Shown here one piece after another: positions 36,101 to 48,600 of a DNA stretch of 64,000 nt (positions are counted from its first letter, which is position 1; every line of letters begins with the position of its first letter). The stretch comes from Macrostomum lignano (Eukaryota), in assembly GCA_002269645.1 (NCBI GenBank), contig NIVC01000361.1, positions 1-64,000 of the forward strand, written 5' to 3'. The notes below the pieces were generated by a model that was not told the origin of the DNA, ran no database searches, and was given only the letters and a program-made list of their open reading frames with translations. A program made the position numbers and the translations under genes.

Positions 36101-39100
36101 CCGTCTATCTCACCCTTGTCTACTTCTCCGTCTCCTCTCTTCATACCGTCTATCTCACCCTTGTCTACTTCTCCGTCTCCTCTCTTCATACCGTCTATCA
36201 CCCTTGTCTACTTCTCCGTCTCTCTTCATACCGTCTATCTCACCCTTGTCTACTTCTCTGTCTCTCTTCATACCGTCTATCTCACCCTTGTCTACTTCTC
36301 CGTCTCCTCTCTTCATACCGTCTATCACCCTTGTCTACTTCTCCGTCTCTCTTCATACCGTCTATCTCACCCTTGTCTACTTCTCCGTCTCTCTTCATAC
36401 CGTCTATCTCACCCTTGTCTACTTCTCTGTCTCTCTTCATACCGTCTATCTCACCCTTGTCTACTTCTCCGTCTCCTCTCTTCATACCGTCTATCACCCT
36501 TGTCTACTTCTCCGTCTCTCTTCATACCGTCTATCTCACCCTTGTCTACTTCTCCGTCTCTCTTCATACCGTCTATCTCACCCTTGTCTACTTCTCTGTC
36601 TCTCTTCATACCGTCTATCTCACCCTTGTCTACTTCTCTGTCTCTCTTCATACCGTCTATCTCACCCTTGTCTACTTCTCCGTCTCCTCTCTTCATACCG
36701 TCTATCACCCTTGTCTACTTCTCCGTCTCTCTTCATACCGTCTATCTCACCCTTGTCTACTTCTCTGTCTCTCTTCATACCGTCTATCTCACCCTTGTCT
36801 ACTTCTCCGTCTCCTCTCTTCATACCGTCTATCACCCTTGTCTACTTCTCCGTCTCCTCTCTTCATACCGTCTATCACCCTTGTCTACTTCTCCGTCTCT
36901 CTTCATACCGTCTATCTCACCCTTGTCTACTCCGTCTCCTCTCTTCATACCGTCTATCTCACCCTTGTCTACTTCTCCGTCTCCTCTCTTCATACCGTCT
37001 ATCACCCTTGTCTACTTCTCCGTCTCTCTTCATACCGTCTATCTCACCCTTGTCTACTTCTCCGTCTCCTCTCTTCATACCGTCTATCTCACCCTTGTCT
37101 ACTTCTCTGTCTCTCTTCATACCGTCTATCTCACCCTTGTCTACTTCTCCGTCTCCTCTCTTCATACCGTCTATCACCCTTGTCTACTTCTCAGTCTCCT
37201 CTCTTCATACCGTCTATCACCCTTGTCTACTTCTCCGTCTCTCTTCATACCGTCTATCTCACCCTTGTCTACTCCGTCTCCTCTCTTCACACCGTCTATC
37301 TCACCCTTGTCTACTTCTCCGTCTCCTCTCTTCATACCGTCTATCACCCTTGTCTACTTCTCCGTCTCCTCTCTTCATACCGTCTATCACCCTTGTCTAC
37401 TTCTCCGTCTCTCTTCATACCGTCTATCTCACCCTTGTCTACTCCGTCTCCTCTCTTCATACCGTCTATCTCACCCTTGTCTACTCCGTCTCCTCTCTTC
37501 ATACCGTCTATCTCAGCTTTTCCAATAGATATTGCGAAATCCCCACTAGTCACTGCTTCTGTCCCAGTGCACCGATCTAGGCAGAAGGGAGCGCAGGAAT
37601 GGGAGATGGGGAGGGGGGTTAATATGTAAATCAATGCCAACTCAGCATCCTTCCATCATCAAGGGAAGAGGAGGCCGGCGGGGGTGGGGATTCAGTCGCG
37701 AGGATTTTTGTCCAAAGGCTATAGCAGCTTTCACTTCGCGAGAGTGCCGGAAGAGTTTGGGGTGTGGAAAGGAAGTTTTTCTTTTGGTTCACCACGCGAC
37801 TCACGAGGCTTATTGATGAAGGACAGGACCGGCTCAGACTCTCTGTAAGCCTGCAGTCTCAGTTTCCCCAACACTTGGGGCCAGCATAAGCTGTCAACTC
37901 CAACCCGGGTCAAGCTGTGGGGCTTTTCAGCTCACTCAGCTTGTGCCGCCGACTTCGCACTTTTAACTTCTCTCCGCGCGTCTCCTTGTGCATGCCTAAG
38001 GTGCAGTAGGGGAGGGGTCGCTAGCCAAGTGGCACTGCAAGTTAAGCAGAAGTGGTTGCGGTTAGTTTGCCCTGTCTGATTATAAGGTTAACCGCTCTGA
38101 GTTAGGAATGGCTGGTTTAGATGTTTTTGTATTTGTATACTGTATATCTATATCTATGCAACTGTCCCTGATCCTATCAATAATATTGCTATTGTGCTCA
38201 TTGGGGATTAGTTACTAGGTTAAATAAGGGGGGAGCATTGTGCAGCCCATTTAGTTAAGCTCGCATGCTTATCTGTGCCTTCCTTGACATACTCAGGATT
38301 ATATCTCTCCCTTCTACGTATTTCTCTGGATTATATCTCCCTTTTATATCTCTAGATTATATCTCGTCTCTAGATTGTATCTTTTCTTTCTATTTCTCTG
38401 GATTGATTATATATCTTCCCTGTATTTCTATGGATATGGATTATATCTCTCCATTTCTTTCTATTGCTCCATCGGCTCGCTAATCCCTTTCCCTCCATCC
38501 GCTTCACATTCCTCCATCCCTACATTGTGTCAATATTCACAAGCCTTCCCTATAACCCAGAAATGCAGAAAAGCATTCCCTGCTAAGTTCTTAAACTAGG
38601 CCCGCTGCTCCTCTTGTCGGTGTGAAACATTTTTCACGGCGTCGAAAAATTAGAACCTATGATGAAGAAGCAACTCTAGAGTTGCTAGGCAATGCAAGGA
38701 TGCGGCTGAATTGAATGGCCACAACTATATGGATTTGTGCACGGTGGCAACTCTCGCCCAAGCCGTCAGCAGCTCAACTCAAAACACTCACTCACTCATC
38801 TTATAGAACTGGGGGGCTCTGAACTGTGTAGAAAGGCCAGTCATTAAGCCCCCGGCTACTAGCCAAATGTTGACGCTGTCCAGCTTCACCCACTTGCCCG
38901 CGACTGAATGTGTAAGCTGGATGGAGAGTGTGAAATTAAGCGAGAGTGAGTGGGCAGGCAGTGGCGGGGAACAAAAGCTCCACTTTTAGGCGCGGATCGA
39001 GGAGGGTAGGGCGCTCTCTCGCTGACTGCTTGCTGCGATTTTGGAAACTTTTTTTTTTTGGCGCACCGCGGCCAGCCACCATACAGCCTTTTCCGGATCG

Positions 39101-42100
39101 AAGTTCTCTCTGGGTGGGTGTGCCTGCAGCCTTCTGCTCCGCATTCACTCTCAGGAATTGAGTCCGTCCATATAACCCCCCCCCGCCTCGATCGGCTGCT
39201 GCTGACCCGTCAGTCACTCAAAACCGTCCTCAAACCCGCAGTGCTTGCGACAAATATATTATATTATAAAGTGTAAACTGTATATATCCTGAGTCAGTTT
39301 TTTTCCCAGATAGACCCCCTTCAGTTTGGCGAGTTTTATCTCGAATTCTGCCTGTCTGTGTGTGTCGTGTTGTGTTTACACAGCTCGCAAAAGCTTCTGT
39401 CTATATATTTATTTAATCTGTCACTCGTATCTATTATGTCAATCATGAAAATGATTCTTTTAATTAAAGATTTCTCTTATCATCGGGGATATATAATAAT
39501 AATGCACTTCCACTCCGGCTAACCCTGAGGGGGGGCGTACTAACCGCAGTCAAATCTGCTTAACTTGTGCAGTGCTGGCGGCGAACGCTCTGACCTATTA
39601 TGGCTAGCAACCACATCAATCCTATAATGATGCAGGTCCTATCTAGATCCTGAGCGACCAACATATCCGGAGTGACTCTCAATCCATCCAGAGTGACTCT
39701 CAATCCATCCAAAGTGACTCTCAATCCATCCAGAGTGACTCAATTTATCCAGAGTGACTCAATCCATCCAGAGTGGCTCTCAATCCATCCAGAGTGACTC
39801 TCAATCCATCCAGAGTGACTCTCAATCCATCCAGAGTGACTCTCAATCCATCCAGAGTGACTCAATTTATCCAGAGTGACTCAATCCATCCAGAGTGGCT
39901 CTCAATCCATCCAGAGTGACTCTCAATCCATCCAGAGTGACTCTCAATCCATCCAGAGTGACTCTCAATCCATCCAGAGTGACTCTCAATCCATCCAGAG
40001 TGACTCAATCCATCTACTGTTACTCTAATCATTTAGAGAGACTTTTTAACCCACGAAGAGTGACTCTCAATACATCGAGGGTGACTCTCAATCCATCCAG
40101 AGTGAGTCAATTTATCCAGAGTGACTCAATCCATCCAGAGTGGCTCTCAATCCATCCAGAGTGACTCTCAATTTATCCAGAGTGACTCTCAATCCATCCA
40201 GAGTGACTCAATTTATCCAGAGTGACTCAATCCATCCAGAGTGGCTCTCAATCCATCCAGAGTGACTCTCAATTTATCCAGAGTGACTCTCAATCCATCC
40301 AGAGTGACTCTCAATCCATCCAGAGTGACTCTCAATCCATCCAGAGTGACTCTCAATCCATCCAAAGTGACTCAATCCATCCAGAGTGACTCTCAATCCA
40401 TCCAGAGTGATTCTCAATCCATCCAGAGTGACTTTCGATCCATCCAGAGTGACTCCCAATTTATCCAGAGTGACTCTCAATCCATCCATAGTGACTCTCA
40501 ATTTATCCAGAGTGACTCTCAATCCATCCAGAGTGACTCTCAACCCATCCAGAGTGACTCTCAATCTATCTATTATTACCCTCCATCAATACGGACTTCT
40601 AATCCACGCAGAGTGATTTAAAATCAAAGCTTTATAGGAGTGAAAACGAAAAGTGAGAATTGGTCAAATCTTTTGCTGCTGGGTTAACAGACCGTTGAGC
40701 TAGTGTAGAGTCCAAGGCTAGAATTCCAGCAAATCTGAGAACGGCCGGCAGTTTGAGCTGAAACGGCAGACTAATCTTTGATGGCTGACAAGCGCGGATT
40801 AGAATTGCACTGCTGCTGCTGCTGCTGCAAAAGCCTTGGCTGCCGTCCTTTCGCTTCTTCCCATCCAACCATTGGGATTTTAGAGCGAGCCTCTCTAACA
40901 GCTAAACAGCCTAACAGTCATTGGCCATTTCCCACTCCCAGAAATATCCTCATTCCCTCCTTCCCATTTCGTCTCGCGGTCGGCCGCGCTAAAAAGCCGG
41001 AGGCCGGGCCTGGCCCTGCTGACCAGGACAAGGCCAATATCCCCCCTCCGTGATCGGCCTAGTAATCTGAGAGCAATATTTATCCGGCCACTTTTTTTAC
41101 ACTTGGCCGCAATTTCCCTGAACCGCACCCTTGTGTACTATTCTATATGCTCCAACACCTGCTGGAAAAGTCTGTCTTTTAGTAGGTTAATATATTGTTT
41201 GTAATACCCCGTGTCCGATAGTAGCATTGGTCCAGGCGCCCGGCTTAAGTCTTCAATCTGGCTTGGCCTGCTTGGCACCTGTGCGGCAACCCCAACCCTC
41301 CCTAGCTGAACTCATGCCCGCTGCCGCCGCCTCCAACGCCACCGTCGCAGCCTCGGCAGCAGCAGCAAAGCCATCGTCTCATCAGCACAGCGGTCTGCTG
41401 CTGAGCCCGTCTGGGTGAGACTGTTAGACCTGATTGACTTGTGTTCACGGTGTGCTGAACCCAGCTTGATAGCGGCTGTATAAAGGTGTGCTGAACCCGG
41501 CTTGATAGCGGCTGTAAGGTGTGCTGAACCCAGCTTGATAGCGGCTGTATAAAGGTGTGCTGAACCCGGCTTGATAGCGGCTGTAAGGTGTGCTGAACCC
41601 AGCTTGATAGCGGCTGTAAGGTGTGCTGAACCCAGCTTGATAGCGGCTGTAAGGTGTGCTGAACCCGGCTTGATAGCGGCTGTAAGGTGTGCTGAACCCA
41701 GCTTGATAGCGGCTGTAAGGTGTGCTGAACCCAGCTTGTTAGCGAAAAAAAACTAGATAGCTAAGCACGAATCCAAACAGCAACTTTGAGGCTGCTAAAA
41801 CACCAAACTAATAATCTCAAAAAGATCTAAAATGTAAAATTTCTTGCAAGCTACAGATTATCAAACGTTCCAGTTATTGGAGAGCTCGCTCATCTATTTC
41901 TGTCACCTACTTGTACCTGACTCCGACACTTGCCATTAGGACACCCTGTTTCACTTTTTGCCTCAAGAAGTCCGTCTCTCTTTCTCGTATCGATTTTTGA
42001 TACCAAAGCTGCTTTACAGCAATCCGACACCGGCAGGCAGCCTCGGGGCAGAGCGGAGTTGCTGAGCCTGTCGAATATCCGCTGCCGCCTCCTCATCCCC

Positions 42101-42478
42101 GACCACATCTTGCCGTCGAATTTCGAATCATATACCCTTCCCTGTAGCCTTGCATGCGGTTTTCGTCAGGTTTTTGTATTGAGTCTTTCACTTTTACACT
42201 GGCGCGTGCCGCCCCTCTGCTAACTGCGAGTCCATTTTCCATTCTACTCGTATACTCATGACTTTCTGTTCGCCTGACTGTCTGCTGTCTGAAATTCAGG
42301 TCTGCTCTCAATCTCTCTCTACAGTATCTTTGAGTGTCACGGGTTTTTTTATAATAATTCCGAATTCACCGCGCCGCTTTAAAACAAGGGTGAGCTGAGG
42401 TATAGGTAAATCAGCTTTTGTGCGATTTACGGGTCAACTTTTGCCACATACAGAAAGCTCAGTCTGTCTGTCTGACGA

Positions 42479-42569
<91 letters not shown>

Positions 42570-42572
42570 CAG

Positions 42573-42615
<43 letters not shown>

Positions 42616-45600
42616 TCGTCTGTCTGTCTCAGTGTCTGTCTGTCTCTGTGTCAGTCTGCATCTGTCTCAGTGTCTGTCTGTATCTGTCTCAGTGTCTTTC
42701 TGTATCTGTTTTTGTCTGTCCAGCCGCAACCCGCCGGCCAGCCAGTGTCTCTGATCCGCAGCACTAATTGAGCCGCCGCTGACGCCGCTCCCACAGCCCA
42801 GTCACGCCCCCCCCCCCCCCGGGCCAGTCTGAGCCCGGCCGGCCGGCCCTGTGTCCGGCTAATCAACCGGAACAACTGCTGCGGGAGGAGTTGGGAGGGC
42901 AGCCGCCCCCTTCTCGCCGCCCGTATTTTGCGGCCGCCACCCAAACGCTTCCCCATCCGGCTTTTTGCTGTATTCCTTCCAGCCTCTTCTGTACTCTTTT
43001 TTCCTCGTCATCGCATATGATCTTCAAGCCGGCTACACCTCCCAGTCTGTCCCTATGGCCTTAGCTGCACCCTTTATGCTCTCGTGGCTGATTTTTCATA
43101 TATATCTCTTTGACCACAGTCAAGGACCAGGCTGGGTAGATTCTCTCTAATAACTGGGGAGTGAGTACGTTTGGGATTGGTATTCCTCCCTTGTCAGTAT
43201 CCTTCTTCTGTACGGTATAAGAATGCGGGCTAATCTCACCTGACACTAATTAAGCTTGCATGCCGGAACTGTTCTCTCCCCCCCTGACCGGCAAGCCTCC
43301 ACCTGTTGTCTGTTGGAATCCCCTGCTGACTAAGAGTATGCAGCTCAACTAATGCGGTGCAGCCCTATTAACCGGGGCGCATCTGGTGTCCCGCAAAATT
43401 TTTATGAACAGACTTGTTCTCCTTAGTTGTACTCGAGACGACTTGTAGGCAAAAAAAGATTGATTAATGATTGATAAATCGATTGAGATTGGTAAATGTG
43501 ATTGACAACTTCAATAAATAGATATAAATACTACATTGATAGGAAGGCTAGATGAAATGCTCACAGACAGGACCTACACAGCCGAACCAGGAACTGCCAG
43601 CATCCGTTATGCGCCTTCAACTCGCTAATTCAAATTGGTGCGCTTTGGGGCTGCCAACGCCCCCCTCTCACTCTCCCTCCCTCCCTCAGGGCATTTTGCC
43701 GCTTCCCCAGCCAGCAGTTGGGAGCATTCCTCTCGGAAAGTTGTGAATTCAAGATTACTTCGCGCCACCGCTGAGAGACGTTTTCAGGCGCTGGCTGTGG
43801 GGGGCACTCCTGCAAGAGAAGGCTGGATATAGGCCGATGGATTTTCTCTGGACTCTGAGAAATATTTATTTAATTTCTAGCCCGGCCGCCTTGTCCAAGT
43901 GGACAGCGGAGAAAAAGTAGTGAGCTGCTAAGCCGGCCGACTAAATCGCCCGTCTCCCCTGGTCTCTGCCTCTCTTTCATTTATCCCCGAGTTTGAGAAT
44001 AATTAAAGTTTGCGTCGCGTGCCCCCGACTCAGCTTGTTAGAGTTGGCGTTGAGCTGTGAACGGGATAAATTGAGAAGGTGAATCCTTATGTCTGAGGCG
44101 AAGTCCAAGGTCTGGGGGGGGGCACCCTCCCAGCTAATGCTGGCACCCATTTTACATCTGGGGGAACTGAAGCAATGCAGAGAGTTAGGTGTCTTGCTCA
44201 AGGACACAATATTGTTCCGAGTGGGATCGGGAATCGAACCCCCGACCTTTCAGTTGTGAGTCCGACGCTCTGACCACTAGGCTATAACCTATAACCCCTA
44301 TAAATAGCATTTATATATATATATGCTAGACTAAATGATAAGAAAGCATCTAAGCATGATCAAACCCGATGATTTCTTTGATATGCTCATTCGTTGGGCT
44401 ATTTCCCAAAGTAAATTTGTCCCCTGTTCGATTATCCTTAGCTATTGCATGCTAGCGTGTATTCGTGCCCAATCCGCTTTAACTATTTAGCTATAATCCA
44501 CTATATATATGTCTAATATATGCCTGTCGTTTTGAGCAACCTGCCGGGCCATTAATGGCGCGAGTCCGTGACCCCCGATATCTGGCAGTAAGCAATATAG
44601 CGAAAAAGGCTGTATAAGAATGAACCGAATGAGGGCCAGGGCAGATCTGCTCTCCCTATGCTAATTATGTATGCGGAACTCTGGCCGCAACCCCCTTCCC
44701 GTCTACTGCTTCTTCTGCTTCTCCTCTGAAACTCTCATTTTCCTCTCTGATTCTTCATGGCTGCTCTTGCTTAGCTTTGGATGCTGTGTTTATCACACTG
44801 CAACAGGAGTCTCATAGGCTTGTGTGTGTGAGACTCTCAGCCTTGCATTCACACTGCAACAGGAGTCTCATAGGCTTGTGTGTGTGAGACTCTCAGCCTT
44901 GCTTTCACACTGCAACAGGAGTCTCATAGGCTTGTGTGTGTGAGACTCTCAGCCTTGCTTTCACACTGCAACAGGAGTGTCATAGGCTTGTGTGTGTGAG
45001 ACTCTCAGCCTTGCTTTCACACTGCAACGGGAGTGTCATAGGCTTGTGTGTGTGAGACTCTCAGCCTTGCTTTCACACTGCAACAGGAGTCTCATAGGCT
45101 TGTGTGTGTGAGACTCTCAGCCTTGCTTTCACACTGCAACAGGAGTCTCATAGGCTTGTGTGTGTGAGACTCTCAGCCTTGCTTTCACTCTGCAACAGGA
45201 GTCTCATAGGCTTGTGTGTGTGAGACTCTCAGCCTTGCTTTCACTCTGCAACAAGAGTGTCAAAGGCTTGTGTGTATGTGTGTGCTGATATCTCAAGTAG
45301 TTACATAATCATAATCTCCGCCCCCATTGCGCAGGCTGCTAGATAAGCTGCTTGTCGTCTGCCCAAATGTGGACTATTGCGAAGAAGTGCTTCAGCGCTG
45401 CGAGCTCGAGTCGCACCTGCTGCACCGGTGAGTCAAACTGTTTTTTAACCCCTTTTCTAAAAAAGAAAATGTTAATATACCTATCAGCATATGTTAAAGC
45501 ATTTGCTTGAATAAAAACTCCCCATTCCGAAGCTCAAGATCACTATCCTGAAGCTGATAATCTCTATCCTGAAGCTGATATTCTCTATCCTGAAGCTGAT

Positions 45601-48600
45601 ATTCTCTATCCTGAAGCTGATAATCTCTATCCTGAAGCTGATATTCTCTATCCTGAAGCTGATATTCTCTATCCTGAAGCTGATAATCTCTATCCTGAAG
45701 CTGATAATCTCTATCCTGAAGCTGATCATCTCTATCCTGAAGCTGATAATCTCTATCCTGAAGCTGATAATCTCTATCCTGAATTTGATAATCTCTATCC
45801 TGAAGCTGATAATATCCATTCTGAAGCTGATAATCTCTATCCTGAATTTGATAATCTCTATCCTGAAGCTGATAATATCCATTCTGAAGCTGATAATCTC
45901 TATCCTGAATTTGATAATCTCTATCCTGAAGCTGATAATATCCATTCTGAAGCTGATAATCTCTATCCTGAAGCTGATATTCTCTATCCTGAAGCTAATA
46001 ATCTCTATCCTAAAGCTGATAATCTCTATCCTGAAGCTGATATTCTCTATCCTGAAGCTAATAATCTCTATCCTAAAGCTGATAATCTCTATCCTGAAGC
46101 TGATAATCTCCATTCTGAAGCTGATAATCTCCTTTCTGAAGCTGATAATCTCTATCCTGAAGCTGATAATCTCCATTCTGAAGCTGATAATCTCTATCCT
46201 GAAGCTGACAATATCTATCCTGAAGCTGATAATCTCCATTCTGAAGCTGATAATCTCTATCCTGAAGCTGACAATATCTATCCTGAAGCTGATAATCTCC
46301 ATTCTGAAGCTGATAATCTCTATCCTGAAGCTGACAATATCTATCCTGAAGCTGATAATCTCCATTCTGAAGCTGATAATCTCTATCCTGAAGCTGACAA
46401 TATCTATCCTGAAGCTGATAATCTCCATTCTGAAGCTGATAATCTCTATCCTGAAGCTGACAATATCTATCCTGAAGCTGATAATCTCCATTCTGAAGCT
46501 GATAATCTCTATCCTGAAGCTGACAATATCTATCCTGAAGCTGATAATCTCCATTCTGAAGCTGATAATCTCTATCCTGAAGCTGACAATATCTATCCTG
46601 AAGCTGATAATCTCCATTCTGAAGCTGATAATCTCTATCCTGAAGCTGACAATATCTATCCTGAAGCTGATAATCTCCATTCTGAAGCTGATAATCTCTA
46701 TCCTGAAGCTGACAATATCTATCCTGAAGCTGATAATCTCCATTCTGAAGCTGATAATCTCTATCCTGAAGCTGACAATATCTATCCTGAAGCTGATAAT
46801 CTCCATTCTGAAGCTGATAATCTCTATCCTGAAGCTGACAATATCTATCCTGAAGCTGATAATCTCCATTCTGAAGCTGATAATCTCTATCCTGAAGCTG
46901 ACAATATCTATCCTAAAGCTGTAATCACCATCCTAAAGTAGCAAATCACCATGTTAAGCTTGGTAAGGATCCTGACTTCTTTCCCGAAAATACTCCCAAG
47001 TTTTAGGATAGTTTCCATCCTTAGTACTAATTTTCAAAGCAGCTCATATGCGCGAAAATTGATGCAATCACTGTATTCGCTACTTATTGCCTTTGTAGCA
47101 AATATCGTGACTGCTTGCTCAGCAAATCGAAATCTAATGAGATGTCCGTCACGCAGGCTTTCTGTACTGTAACCGAGAATTGCTAATTTACAACTCTGTT
47201 TCCCTTCCCATGCACTTCACAGCTGCCGCGGGGCCGTCACCAGGTGCTCGAAATCCGGCCAGGGCTGCACCTTCCAGGGTCCCAGGACCGCCCTGCAGAA
47301 TCACCTGTGGGAGTGCCCGTTCCGCTCCGAGGCGGACGCCGATGCTGCAGGTGCTGCCGCCACCGCTGCCGACCCTGCCAATGATGGTGAGCTATGAGAC
47401 TGGTAGTGAATTGGGCAGTTTGAATGAGTGAATATGTGTAGTTTGAATTTGTGAGTGAATTCTATCAATGAGTGAGTGAATGCTTTGAATTTGTGAGTGA
47501 ATTCTATCAATTTGTGAGTGAATGCTATTAATAAGTGAGTGAATGCTATCAATTGGTGAGTGAATGCTATCAATTAGTGAATAAATGCTATCAATGAGTG
47601 AGTGAATACCATCAATGAGTGAGTGAATGCTATCACTGAGTGAGTGAATACCATCAATGAGTGAGTGAATTCTATCAATGAGTGGGTGAATGCTTTGAAT
47701 TTGTGAGTGAATTCTATCAATTTGTGAGTGAATGCTATTAATAAGTGAGTGAATGCTATCAATTGGTGAGTGAATGCTATCAATTAGTGAATAATTGCTA
47801 TCAATGAGTAAGTGAATACCATCAATGAGTGAGTGAATTCTATCAATGAGTGAGTGAATGCTATCAATGAAGTGAGTGAATGCTATCAATGAGTGAGTGA
47901 ATTCTATCAATGAGTGGGTGAATTCTATCAATGAGTGAGTGAATGCTATCAATGAGTAAGTGAATGCTATTAATGGGTGAGTGAATGCTATCAATTAGTG
48001 AGTGAATTCTATCAATGAGTGGGTGAATTCTATCAATGAGTGGGTGAATGCTATCAATGAGTTAGTGAATGCTATTAATGAGTGAGTGAATGCTATCAAT
48101 GAGTGAGTGAATTCTATCAATGAGTGGGTGAATGCTATTAATACGTGAGTGAATGCCATCAATGAGTGAGTGAATGCTATCAATGAGTGGGTGAATTCTA
48201 TCAATGAGTGGGTGAATTCTATCAAAGAGTGGGTGAATGCTATTAATACGTGAGTGAATGCCATCAATGAGTGAGTGAATGCTATCAATGAGTGAGTGAA
48301 TGCCATCAATGAGTGAGTGAATGCTATCAATAAGTGAGTGAATGCCATCAATGAGCAATAAATCAGTGTCTGGACAATGTCAATAACAAAGCCGCTGCCA
48401 ATTCGCAGGTGAATGGTCATCCAAGCCCCCCATAGTCAGCGGCGAGGTGACGGTCATCGAGATTCCCAGAGGCTGCTACGATCTGGGCATCAGCTTTGTA
48501 GGCGGCTGCGACACGCCATTGGTAAGGGGCTGAGGCGCTGAGGCGCGGCCAGTCAGTTGGAACTGCACACTTTTAAAGCAACTCTGCACCCGCTGAGCTG

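Noticed and set aside
32974-37629. Long ORFs of 263-782 aa in several frames
   Set aside because: Stop-free translations of pyrimidine-rich satellites; only 34030-34419 and 34975-35135 are real exons
47223-47245. Possible frameshift in the LNX Zn-finger exon (the ORF track shows a different frame)
   Set aside because: Recount gives C|TGC CGC GGG GCC (RCRGA); the 164-nt exon is in phase and the gene is intact
47330-48440. Numb-binding NPxY/F motif expected from the LNX name
   Set aside because: Not present between the Zn fingers and PDZ1 (only DPAND); consistent with invertebrate LNX lacking it, so not novel
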